Below are positions 36,877-46,029 of a DNA stretch of 56,096 nucleotides, piece by piece. The stretch comes from an uncultured Gammaproteobacteria bacterium (lineage in GTDB: Bacteria; Patescibacteriota; Microgenomatia; UBA10105; UBA927). Position 1 is the first letter of the stretch, and every line of letters begins with the position of its first letter. The notes under the pieces were generated by a model. The model searched no databases. It was not told the origin of the DNA and saw only the letters and a program-made list of their open reading frames with translations. Both the position numbers and the translations under genes were made by a program. The stretch spans positions 1-56,096 of the forward strand of contig CAYUKU010000008.1 of assembly GCA_964445435.1 (NCBI GenBank). The letters are read 5' to 3'.

Positions 36877-37886
36877 TGCATTTTCGGTTTCCGATCATTC
36901 TTTTCGTTCTTCTTATCATCGCAACCGCGTACCGCCTGACGCAGGGGCTACGTGAACCAATAGCCAGATGGGACGAGCAAACCAACCTCAGTGTCGTCCA
37001 CGAAATGCTCGAAAAACGATCATACTTCGTGCCATATTACGCTGGCGCGCCATTCTTCGAGAAGCCTCCGCTCTGGTACACGATTCACATACTTATCAGT
37101 CAGCATCCCGCTGCCATCTTGCGAACCGCCCGCACGATGGGCGTTTTTTTGACCGCAGGCATCATCTTTCTTTCCGTCTTCTCCGTGTGGAAACTATATG
37201 GGCCGGTTTCCGGTTTTATCACGTGGATAATACTTCTGCTTTCCAATCCGCTTTTTGTGCGTAACTCAGGGGGAGTATTTTCTACTCACACGCTCGTTTC
37301 AGCTGATTTGGATTCACTTCAGATTCTTTTTATCCTCATCGCGTTTCTGTCGGGCGTGTGGCGACACCAATATGCACAATTTACCTTTGGAGCAGCAACA
37401 GGACTGGGTATCCTGACAAAAGGACCCATGGCTCTCGTGCCCCTTGTTGCATGCTCGCTTTTACACAGAAAGACGCGCACTGCATGGATTACTACTTTCA
37501 TCGTTGTACTCCCGTGGTATCTTTTTATGATCCTTAAGTTCGACGGAGACTTCGTTCAATCACACTTTTGGTATCACCTCGTCACCCGCACGACCACTGC
37601 TATTGAGGGACACTGGGGATATCCGTGGTATTATCTATCCCTGCTTCTTAACCTGCGCATCTACCCGGCTATTATACTTATGCTTTGCGCACTTTTCCGT
37701 CTGATTAAAACAAAAAAGACTTCTTTCTTTGTTCAATATACAGGCCTGGCATCTCTGCTCTTTTTTATCATCCCGAGCCTGGTTAGCACCAAATTGGCCT
37801 GGTATATCCTCCCCCTCTACCCGTTTCTTGCGATCCTGACCGGAATTATTCTGAGCGATACGTACCGTCAAAACAACCCAAAGTGA
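36876..37886 (+). CDS. ArnT/PMT-like (GT39/GT83) membrane glycosyltransferase
   Basis: WDE, FFEKPPL, LTKG, TKLAWYILP.YP. ATG overlaps the preceding TAA. Confidence 0.85.
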   Translation: MHFRFPIILFVLLIIATAYRLTQGLREPIARWDEQTNLSVVHEMLEKRSYFVPYYAGAPFFEKPPLWYTIHILISQHPAAILRTARTMGVFLTAGIIFLSVFSVWKLYGPVSGFITWIILLLSNPLFVRNSGGVFSTHTLVSADLDSLQILFILIAFLSGVWRHQYAQFTFGAATGLGILTKGPMALVPLVACSLLHRKTRTAWITTFIVVLPWYLFMILKFDGDFVQSHFWYHLVTRTTTAIEGHWGYPWYYLSLLLNLRIYPAIILMLCALFRLIKTKKTSFFVQYTGLASLLFFIIPSLVSTKLAWYILPLYPFLAILTGIILSDTYRQNNPK

Positions 37887-38011
37887 ATACAACCACACTA
37901 CCGCCTCAAGGCTGATTTGCGGTATAATAACAGGACATTGTCCCAAATCCGTCACAAAGGTGTGCTCTATGATCTGAACTTTCGTGACATATAGGTTTCG
38001 TCCCAGAATTT

Positions 38012-38082
38012 TGCGGGGTCGTATAACGGTAGTACGCATCCCTCTGGAGGATGTTATCTTGGTTCGAATCCAAGCCCCGCAG
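38012..38082 (+). tRNA. tRNA-Gln(CTG), CCA not encoded
   Basis: TGCGGGG/CCCCGCA acceptor (U1-A72), CATCC-CT-CTG-GA-GGATG anticodon arm, CTTGG-TTCGAAT-CCAAG T arm. Confidence 0.96.
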
Positions 38083-38177
38083 CACGATTGGACACCAAGC
38101 GACCGTAAGCTCTCAAAAATCCCGATGTTGCTTGCTAAGTGTCATTTTATTTTAGGAAGTCTCGGACCGTACCCTTG

Positions 38178-39419
38178 TTATTCAGCGTCTCGTTTTATCC
38201 TCGAAGAAACGACCTTACGGTCATGAACGTAGAGTTGCCCGCCAAAAAGCTGAATTAGCTGCCGTTTCCTCTCAATATCACCATTGTTTAGCACATGCCT
38301 TGCGTAGTCCCGAATATCCATTGTCTTTTCATCAGGGTTAATGTCTTGTCTGAGAAGCACATCATCTCTGACTTTTTTGTACTCATTTATTCCTTCTCTA
38401 ATCTCAGGAGTTAGGTTTAGCATCTGGGGGTGTGCAATGAAGGTAAAGTTAATATATCTAAAAAACGCTTTCACCAAGTCTTCCTCACTGATGTAATCTT
38501 CCGGACAGTCATAATCAACCTGCCGACTGCAATGATAATAAACATGGTATTTTGGTTCTCCCCATTTCCTTTTTCGATATTTATCCTCACCAACAATATT
38601 TGATCCACATGAAGCACATTTGAATAACCCTTTAAAAGTAAATGTTTTGCTACCCCATTTAGATTTAGGTGGAACATAGAGCCTTCTTTGGACTTTGTTA
38701 AAAACCTCTTCAGTAATCAGTGGTGGATGGGCTCCTTTATACCAATTTCCACTACCGATCGGATACTCAAATTTTCCATAATAAAACGGGTTTTTGAGCA
38801 TTAAATATATTTGACTTAGGCTAACTGCTGATCCGGATCGGTTTGTAAATTCTTTTTTAACCATCCACTTCTTCAGTTCTCTCCCGGATATTCCGTAGGT
38901 TGCAACTTTATGAAACGCTTCAGTCACGATTGGACCGCGATCAGGATCAACCATTATGTCCTTTACTCCGTTAAAAGCTCTATTGAAATATCCAAGTGGT
39001 GCCATCCCTGGCCTAAACCCCATCTCACATTTTGCTCGAATACCTCGTTTAACGTTTAGTCCTTTTTGATCATTCTCCAGTTTCGCCTGCGAGCAAAGGA
39101 TCATAAGAAGGAATTTTTCGTTAGGATTATTTGAGAATACCTGCGAAAAGGTTTTAATCTGTACCAGTTTTCCCTGATCCATCAGGTCAACAAGCATCCC
39201 AAGGTCGCCCGCATTGCGACTAAGTCTATCTGGAGCCCATGTAAGTATGCCAGTGAACCTACCTAATCTAATATCGTTTAGCAGATTCATAAATACCGGA
39301 CGCTTGCCAGATATTTTTGCCGAATGACTTTCTTTTCTTATTTCCTTAACAGTAATCCCATCCCGTGTAGCTAAATCCGTCATTTCCTTTATCTGTGAAT
39401 CAATCGACATTGCCTGACG
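38178..39419 (-). pseudogene. Large serine recombinase lacking its N-terminal catalytic Y-x-R-x-S motif
   Basis: RQAMSIDSQI, WAPDRLSRN, QAKLEN, PLGY, CASCG...YYHC are present. No YARKS-like motif in any frame upstream. Visibly AT-richer than the flanks. Confidence 0.7.
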
Positions 39420-39537
39420 TCCGATGCCCGACTCCATCGTAACTGCACTGAAAGGAAATGATTTCAAAACGTGCAACCGGGGACACAAATATCCGGGAAG
39501 TGGGCCATGTGCTCGATCTGCTGGCAGAAAAAACTTC

Positions 39538-40368
39538 CTAATCCGGTAGAGCGATAATTCCGTTCACCCGGACGACCAAACCGTCTTTTTCAAGGCCGCG
39601 CAAAATTGAACGCATGAATTCCTCAGTTCGATCATAAGCCAGGGTCATTTCACTTATGAGCGCTGATTCCTCCACTGGCTTCGAGCGCAGTGCGTCGATG
39701 ATCCGACCCCGGAAAAAACGATTTGACTGACGAAATGGAATAGTTTGTTGTTTTTTTTGCGCGCTTCGGCCAACAAGTTTCGCTAATTCAAGCGCCCCGA
39801 AATCCATAAGCGCTTGATGCCATTCCCAAGAACGACCACGCGGTACGAGTTTCTGGGCGGTATCGTCAATTTCTTTTTCCGTCTGAGGCACATCCTTATA
39901 AAAGAAATGCGTAATGATCTTTCGTATATTCGTATCGACAGCTGCTACCTCTTTCCGATATGCGAACACCATGAGTGCTCGAGCAGTATATTTGCCCAAT
40001 CCTGGTAATTTAGTAAGCTGTGTCTCGCTCTTCGGAAATTTTCCCCCATAGTCGCGCATAACCGCTTCTGCCGTCTTCTTAAGATACAAAGCCCGTCGGT
40101 TGTAACCCATGCCTTTCCATGCCTTCAATACCTGCGCCGTTTTGGCCGAAGCAAGCGCCTCCACGGAGGGAAACTCGGCGAGAAACTCCGAGTATTTGGG
40201 AAGCACACGGGATACCTGTGTTTGCTGCAGCATCACTTCTGAAACCAGAATTTTATACGGATCGTGTGTGTTGCGCCACGGCAGGTCGCGGCGATGAGTA
40301 GTCCACCAGAAAAATATGAAACGCTGAAAAGACGCAATTTCTTGTGGTGCGATCTTCACAGGCAACAT
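39538..40368 (-). CDS. mutY: MutY-like HhH-GPD adenine glycosylase without Fe-S motif (start ATG 40368 or GTG 40359)
   Basis: LPWR, PYKILVSEVMLQQTQV, GMGYNRRA, LPGLGKYTA, VDTN, ALMDFGA. No cysteines. Confidence 0.85.
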   Translation of the reverse strand: MLPVKIAPQEIASFQRFIFFWWTTHRRDLPWRNTHDPYKILVSEVMLQQTQVSRVLPKYSEFLAEFPSVEALASAKTAQVLKAWKGMGYNRRALYLKKTAEAVMRDYGGKFPKSETQLTKLPGLGKYTARALMVFAYRKEVAAVDTNIRKIITHFFYKDVPQTEKEIDDTAQKLVPRGRSWEWHQALMDFGALELAKLVGRSAQKKQQTIPFRQSNRFFRGRIIDALRSKPVEESALISEMTLAYDRTEEFMRSILRGLEKDGLVVRVNGIIALPD

Positions 40369-40379
40369 TCTATCACACC

Positions 40380-40405
40380 AAAATCCCGCCTTTTGGCGGG
40401 ATTTT
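40380..40405. terminator. Bidirectional-type intrinsic terminator
   Basis: AAAATCCCGCC-TTTT-GGCGGGATTTT, perfect inverted repeat. Confidence 0.85.
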
Positions 40406-40431
40406 GGTGTTCTTTCCGTATCACTTCGCAA

Positions 40432-41232
40432 TTACGGAGTCGGTGTCGGCGTCTCGGTCGGCGTATCGGTTGGTGTCGCCGTCGGTGTCACCGTCACCGT
40501 GGCCGTTACCGTAGCCGTAACGGTCGGAACTGGCGGCAGGCTGAAGTCCTTCACATGGGTCACCTCGGTGACCGTGTTGTTTGAACTATCCCAGAGACCT
40601 TTTACGCGGACTCTGTGCCCTACCTGGATGTCAGTTTGCGTGATGGCTTCTTCTTTGCGGTTCACGAATTTCGTGGATGAAGAAACCGTGACTGTTTGGT
40701 CGGGACGTTTGGCTGAAAGCGTCGTCATGACCCACCCGCCACTCATGAGTGATTTCACCTGTCCGATAAATACGGCAAACCGCTTCTGTATCGAGAGGTT
40801 CCGAATCAGCCTCGCATTGATAACCGTGTGGGTGTCATCGGTCCATGCGCCGTACACGTTCACGATATTGCCGACGCTGAATTCTGCAATATCACTCTTG
40901 GCCCCGAAACGGCGGCGAAGCTGTGTCTTGTCCGTCAGATTCACGGTATAGGTCGTGCCGTCCTTCGTAATTGTGAGAGTCGTATCCGAAACCGCGGTCA
41001 CCTCTGCTTTCAGAATAATCGCCTTTCCTGCGACCGCGAAGTTCGAAAACGTACTTTTCATCTTTTCGCGGAATTCCTGGAAGAGATTTTTGCGCTGTTC
41101 CCGCAGTTCCTCACGGGCTTCCCGGAAGTCTTGCTTCGCATCCTTTAGATCGCCTGCAATAACGGCTTGAGGCATCACAAAACTTACACATAATGCGAGA
41201 GTAGCTATGCTTGCTTTCTGGCTATTGGTCAT
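40432..41232 (-). CDS. Secreted protein with two DUF5666-like OB repeats and a Thr/Pro-rich tail
   Basis: Signal peptide, coiled coil, two V.V...T...RR/NR....I.....VG..V.V.G.W units, (xT)n/TP tail. Confidence 0.8.
   Translation of the reverse strand: MTNSQKASIATLALCVSFVMPQAVIAGDLKDAKQDFREAREELREQRKNLFQEFREKMKSTFSNFAVAGKAIILKAEVTAVSDTTLTITKDGTTYTVNLTDKTQLRRRFGAKSDIAEFSVGNIVNVYGAWTDDTHTVINARLIRNLSIQKRFAVFIGQVKSLMSGGWVMTTLSAKRPDQTVTVSSSTKFVNRKEEAITQTDIQVGHRVRVKGLWDSSNNTVTEVTHVKDFSLPPVPTVTATVTATVTVTPTATPTDTPTETPTPTP
40436..40525. repeat. 6-bp-period coding low-complexity repeat (TV/TP dipeptides)
   Basis: Degenerate units cggtgt/cggcgt/caccgt/ggccgt in the 3' end of the CDS. Confidence 0.8.
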
Positions 41233-41254
41233 ACGAACCCCTTTCTATACTTAG

Positions 41255-41281
41255 TACGCAAACGGCGACAAAAAAGTTTCA
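41255..41281 (-). promoter_or_regulatory. ECF sigma-type promoter
   Basis: Minus strand TGAAAC-TTTTTT...(17 nt)-CGTA, similar to B. subtilis SigW/SigM promoters. Followed by an AGAAAGGGG SD. Confidence 0.6.
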
Positions 41282-41716
41282 TTCGGAGACATTGTAGGTC
41301 ACAGTGAGCTCTGTTTCAGCCGCGTTTCCTACCGAATCATTGGCTACAATGACGAAATAATTTTCCCCCTCATCCAATGATACCGTCACTGAAAAATTCC
41401 CGTTTGCATCGGCCTTGGCTTCCGATTCGTTCACAAACACATCGGCATTTGGTGCAGTTTTGCCTTTGATGGTAATCGAACCGGAGGTAACAGACGATCC
41501 GTTCGTAGGCGATGAAACAGTGAGCATCATCTTTGTCGTAGAACCGATATTCCCCGCTGAAGCCTCTGGTGGCTCGCTCTGAACCTCTGGCGTCTCAAAA
41601 ACGGTATTCACGATGCTTCCGGGAGTAACGGAATTAAGGTTTGCCCGGTATTTGGCAAACGCGACTCCGCCAAGAAGAAGAGCAATCCCGATAATGAGAA
41701 TCGCTTTCATGTTCAT
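41279..41716 (-). CDS. Membrane-anchored protein with one Ig-like domain
   Basis: N-terminal TM. LTVSSP.NG..V......I.GKT.P...V.VN...G.F...V.L.EG.N pattern. Confidence 0.8.
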   Translation of the reverse strand: MNMKAILIIGIALLLGGVAFAKYRANLNSVTPGSIVNTVFETPEVQSEPPEASAGNIGSTTKMMLTVSSPTNGSSVTSGSITIKGKTAPNADVFVNESEAKADANGNFSVTVSLDEGENYFVIVANDSVGNAAETELTVTYNVSE

Positions 41717-42120
41717 AGAGTCTCCTTTCTCACCACTCCTTTCGTTTTCCTTTTTGAAAGCTCACGAAGCCTTCGCCTGGCAAGTTCCCGCTTCCGGCGG
41801 GTCAGGACGACGAAGCCCGTAGAGAGTATCACAAGGAGCGCGAGAAACACAACTGCACCTTGCGGGAGTTCCGCCAAAAACGTGGAAACATTTTCCCGCC
41901 AAAACTCTCTCATTATTTCCGCGTCCTCCCAAAAAATTTCAAGCAAATCCAACGACCCGCTTTCCATAATCTGTTCACCGATACGCCATGCCGCAATAAC
42001 GAAAAGAATGAATAGAATTCCAATAAGTATCCGGAAACGGCGTAACACGCCAGCCGATCGCTTCTCTTCAAAGCGCGTCACTTTCTCCATAACTGATTTA
42101 CTTAGGTCATGATTTTTCAT
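41713..42120 (-). CDS. Putative anti-sigma factor (two TM segments)
   Basis: Overlaps the ECF sigma stop. Short cytoplasmic N-terminus plus two TMs. Confidence 0.65.
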   Translation of the reverse strand: MKNHDLSKSVMEKVTRFEEKRSAGVLRRFRILIGILFILFVIAAWRIGEQIMESGSLDLLEIFWEDAEIMREFWRENVSTFLAELPQGAVVFLALLVILSTGFVVLTRRKRELARRRLRELSKRKTKGVVRKETL

Positions 42121-42668
42121 AGTTCGTTTTTTGAGAAAATTTTCCTCAGGGCTTGCTTGGCCCGAAACAGATGCGTACGGACTGTGTTTATGGGAATGCG
42201 CATTTTTCTTCCGATTTCTTCATACGATAAATCATCAAAATAGTAAAGCCTGATAATACGACGGTATCTCTCTTCAAGCTGCGCAAGCGCACGGGCAACA
42301 ACTTTTTTGCGCTCCGCCGCAATTATATCTTCATATAACGATTCATCGTCGTCGGCCAAAACGATATCCTCCAAGGGTACCTGTTTTTTCTTCGAGCGAA
42401 GAAATGATATTGCCGTATTGCGGGCGATGGAAAATATATACGTGGAAAACGGTTTCTTCGGGTCGACCCGTTCGATCGTCTTATACAAACTGATAAACGA
42501 CTCCTGTACAACATCGTCGGCCGCGAAACTGTCCCCGACCAGATGCAGGACAAAAGAATGCAGTTTGCGCTGATACCGCTTCACGAGTAACTCAAACGCA
42601 AATACGTCCCCCTCCTGAACCGAGAGCACCAGGTCGACATCGCTTTTCACGCTCATAACTTGGCTCAT
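42117..42668 (-). CDS. ECF RNA polymerase sigma factor (SigW/RpoE-like)
   Basis: Region 2 (DDVVQESFI...FSTYIFSIARN) and region 4 (LSYEEIG...INTVRTHLFRAK). Confidence 0.93.
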   Translation of the reverse strand: MSQVMSVKSDVDLVLSVQEGDVFAFELLVKRYQRKLHSFVLHLVGDSFAADDVVQESFISLYKTIERVDPKKPFSTYIFSIARNTAISFLRSKKKQVPLEDIVLADDDESLYEDIIAAERKKVVARALAQLEERYRRIIRLYYFDDLSYEEIGRKMRIPINTVRTHLFRAKQALRKIFSKNEL

Positions 42669-42685
42669 TATAGTACAATTGTCCT

Positions 42686-43546
42686 ATGAAAACCGGAACT
42701 GTCGCGCTGATTGGCCGCCCAAACGTCGGAAAATCGACGCTCCTTAATCACATTCTTGGACATAAAGTGTCCATCACCTCCCCGAAACCGCAAACCACAC
42801 GGTTCGCAATCGAGGCAGTCTATGAAGATGAACGGGGTCAGATCGTGTTTGTGGACACACCGGGCATCTTCGGGAAAGTGGACGACCCCCTTGCCCGGAA
42901 AATTAATCTGACCGCTGAAGATTCACTTTCAGGTGGCGTGGATGTGGTCATCTATATGATCGACCACACGCGTGAGCGTGATTTCGAGGAAAACAAAACG
43001 CTTGGCATCGTTCGTAAAGCTAATGCGAAAAAAATTCTCGTCATTAACAAAATAGACGTCACCCGACCAACTCACATCGTGCAGTATAAATTTATGGAAG
43101 AAGAGTTTGATGCTGTGGTACATATTAGTGCACTCGAACACAAAAATATCCCGACACTTCTGACGGCCATATTCTCATTCCTCCCCGAGCGTGACGCGCT
43201 TGTCGACACGAAACAATCCGTCCAACCCGCTCTCAACCTCGACAGTAAAACCTTTATCGCGGAAATCATACGTGAAAAGGCGTTTCTCTTCCTTCGCGAC
43301 GAGGTCCCCTATACGTTAACGACGATCGTCGATGATGTCGAAGAACGAAAGAACGGAACGCTCTACGTCCGCGCACGGATCATTACATCAGCAGACCGGT
43401 ATAAAGCCATGATCGTCGGGAAGCAAGGCGCGATGATTAAGGAGATAAGCCAGGCCAGCCGCAAAGAGCTGGAAACCGCCTCAAGTAAGAAAGTATACCT
43501 TGAATTATCCGTAGAAACCGATCCGCATTGGGTGGATTATTTATAA
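42686..43546 (+). CDS. era: GTPase Era
   Basis: GRPNVGKS, QTTR, DTPG, NKID, ISAL, KH domain IVGKQG. Confidence 0.96.
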   Translation: MKTGTVALIGRPNVGKSTLLNHILGHKVSITSPKPQTTRFAIEAVYEDERGQIVFVDTPGIFGKVDDPLARKINLTAEDSLSGGVDVVIYMIDHTRERDFEENKTLGIVRKANAKKILVINKIDVTRPTHIVQYKFMEEEFDAVVHISALEHKNIPTLLTAIFSFLPERDALVDTKQSVQPALNLDSKTFIAEIIREKAFLFLRDEVPYTLTTIVDDVEERKNGTLYVRARIITSADRYKAMIVGKQGAMIKEISQASRKELETASSKKVYLELSVETDPHWVDYL

Positions 43547-44932
43547 TCGCGCGAGCGTTTCCTCTTTCCCGAGGATTTCGAGGGATTCCAATAGTGGAGG
43601 ACCGACGGTTTTCCCCGTGACGGCTAAACGTAACTCCATAAAAACGTCCCGTGCTTTCGCGCCTTTTTCTTCCGCATTTTTCCGCAAAGCCTGCTCCATC
43701 TCATCGTGGGTCCATTGGCAATCCGTGAGCGCACTTTTTACGATCTCGACTAATTCGCGCTTAGTCGGTCGCTCCGGCTGTTGCGGTTTGTGAAAGAAAA
43801 AATCCGCAAGCGAGGCGAACTCCTTCAGAGTGTGCATGCGTTCCCGAACAAGCGGAAGCACCTTCATCATGAGTTCCTTTTCGTATACGCCCCCGAAATA
43901 TTCCTCAATCTTCTTCATAAGATCGGCAGAACCCAGAGTCCGTATGTATTCCCCGTTCATCCAGCGCAATTTCTCAATATCAAAAACTGGAGCGGTCGTC
44001 TGGATATCCTCCAAACGAAATGCTTCCATCATCTCTTCTACTGAAAATATTTCTTTCCCTCCCGGAAACGACCATGCCATGGTTCCCAGATAATTTAAAA
44101 TCGCCTCAGGCAGAAATCCTTCTTTCTTAAACCAGCTCGCCCATACAGGATTTTTTCTTTTGCTGAGCTTGCTTTTATCGGGATTGCGAAGAACAGACAC
44201 GTGCGCAAACTTCGGCATCTCCCAACCGAAAAATCGATACAAAAGTATGTGTTTCGGTGTCGAGGAGATCCACTCCTCTCCCCGTATAATGTGTGTTATC
44301 TCCATAAGGTGGTCGTCGACGACTACTCCGAGGTGATATGTAGGAAATCCGTCGGATTTCAGAAGCACCTGATCATCGACCAAGGCATTTTCGAATGAGA
44401 TCTTCCCCCGTATAAGATCCGTAAACTCAGTAACCCCGCTGTCGGGAACATTGAGGCGTATAACGTGGGATGCTTTCGCGTTTAACCGTTTTTCGACTTG
44501 CTGAGGGGAAAGCGATTTACACAGTCCGTCATACATGGGAGGCTTGTGCTCTGCCTCCTGCTTCTTTCTCATTTCCTCAAGTCGTGCTGGTGTGCAGAAG
44601 CAATAATAGGCGTGTCCCTTGGCGACGAGCTCTTCTGCGTATTTCTTATATGTAGGCAATCGGTCCGATTGGCGGTATGGGGCAAAGGGGCCGCCCTTGT
44701 CAGGGCCCTCGTCGTGACTTATGCCAAGCCACGCCAATGAGGCCAGTATTCGATCCTCGGAGCCCTCAACGAGTCTGGTGCGATCCGTGTCCTCTATCCT
44801 GATGAGGAATTGACCACCGGCCTTCTTCGCCACGATGTAATTGATAAGCGCCGTATACGCGTTTCCGATGTGCAAATCTTCCCCCGTAGGGGAGGGGGCT
44901 ATTCTGGTGCGGATTTTCGTGGTCGTACTCAC
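43541..44932 (-). CDS. gltX: Glutamyl-tRNA synthetase (GTG start)
   Basis: RIAPSPTG, HIGN, RIEDTD, RGEEW, KLSKR, GPPL. Confidence 0.97.
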   Translation of the reverse strand: MSTTTKIRTRIAPSPTGEDLHIGNAYTALINYIVAKKAGGQFLIRIEDTDRTRLVEGSEDRILASLAWLGISHDEGPDKGGPFAPYRQSDRLPTYKKYAEELVAKGHAYYCFCTPARLEEMRKKQEAEHKPPMYDGLCKSLSPQQVEKRLNAKASHVIRLNVPDSGVTEFTDLIRGKISFENALVDDQVLLKSDGFPTYHLGVVVDDHLMEITHIIRGEEWISSTPKHILLYRFFGWEMPKFAHVSVLRNPDKSKLSKRKNPVWASWFKKEGFLPEAILNYLGTMAWSFPGGKEIFSVEEMMEAFRLEDIQTTAPVFDIEKLRWMNGEYIRTLGSADLMKKIEEYFGGVYEKELMMKVLPLVRERMHTLKEFASLADFFFHKPQQPERPTKRELVEIVKSALTDCQWTHDEMEQALRKNAEEKGAKARDVFMELRLAVTGKTVGPPLLESLEILGKEETLARL

Positions 44933-44976
44933 GAATTGATTCTATCACGCAGCCACCCTATACTTAAAGCACGCCT

Positions 44977-46029
44977 ATGGCCTCGCTTACGGAAACCGCG
45001 TATTACACGCGGCGCGCTATTAATTGGACTATTTTGGCTGTTATCAGCTACATCATCCTGCGCTTGTCGTGGGGGCTGTTGGTGATCGTATGGTTTACCA
45101 TCTTTCCTCCGAAGGCACCGCCGCCGAATCATGCCTTCGGCACACTTCCTGCAGTCAAATTCCCGCAGCAAGCCTCGGGATCGGGTCAGCTGGTTTTCCA
45201 GCTGGAGACCATCGAAGGTGGCGTTCCTGTGGCATCCGCAGCGGCTGAAGTTTATTTCATGCCGAAACTTGCGCCCAATCTCCTGGGACTCAACCAGGCA
45301 CAGGAATTTGCAAAGAATCTTCAGTTTGACGCGACACCCATTCAGGAAAGTAAAAACGTCTACCGGTTCAATGATCCGACTGAACCTTTGAGAAGACTCA
45401 GGTACGACATCGTATCGAAAAACTTCATTCTTCGGTACGCATTTGAGCAGGATGCGTCTGCGTTCCTGGGTCGCGGCCTTCCGCTTCCAGAAGCAGCGAA
45501 ATTGGAAGCCATTAATCTGCTTCAGGCGCAGGATTTGTACCCGGAAGATCTGGCACAGGGAACGACGCAAATCGTGTTTTTGCGCCTTACCGGAAACCGT
45601 CTTCTGCCGACCACAAGTCTCTCTCAGGGTGACGCAGTGAGAATTGATTTTTACCGAAGACCAATCGGCGAGACCAAGATAGTAACGCCTGCTCCTGATG
45701 AAGCGCCGGTCTCCATTATTTACTCCGGTTCCTCAGACGCGAAGAAACGGATTATCCAGTTTGCATATACGTATTGGCCGATCGACTACGTCACGACGGC
45801 CACGTATCCGCTTAAATCAAGCCAGACGGCGTGGGAAGAACTGCAAACCGGAAAAGGATATATCGCCCGTTATCCATCTAATTCATCTACTGCAGTTATC
45901 CGCTCTGTGTACCTGGCATACTATGACTCCTTCGAACCGCAAACATATCTCCAGCCAATTTTTGTCTTCGAGGGTGACAACGGATTCGTGGGATACGTGT
46001 CTGCTATAAGCCCGGAGTGGGTCGAGTGA
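44977..46029 (+). CDS. Hypothetical membrane-anchored protein
   Basis: 350-aa ORF, N-terminal TM, beta-rich exported domain ending LQPIFVFEG. Confidence 0.75.
   Translation: MASLTETAYYTRRAINWTILAVISYIILRLSWGLLVIVWFTIFPPKAPPPNHAFGTLPAVKFPQQASGSGQLVFQLETIEGGVPVASAAAEVYFMPKLAPNLLGLNQAQEFAKNLQFDATPIQESKNVYRFNDPTEPLRRLRYDIVSKNFILRYAFEQDASAFLGRGLPLPEAAKLEAINLLQAQDLYPEDLAQGTTQIVFLRLTGNRLLPTTSLSQGDAVRIDFYRRPIGETKIVTPAPDEAPVSIIYSGSSDAKKRIIQFAYTYWPIDYVTTATYPLKSSQTAWEELQTGKGYIARYPSNSSTAVIRSVYLAYYDSFEPQTYLQPIFVFEGDNGFVGYVSAISPEWVE

Noticed and set aside
38060-39540. attL/attR direct repeat of the tRNA-Gln 3' end flanking the recombinase
   Set aside because: No second copy of the tRNA 3' sequence was found by eye near 39420-39540 or elsewhere nearby.
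40436-40525. Periodic repeat as a possible CRISPR or VNTR
   Set aside because: 6-bp degenerate units encoding a Thr/Pro linker, with no repeat-spacer structure and no cas genes.
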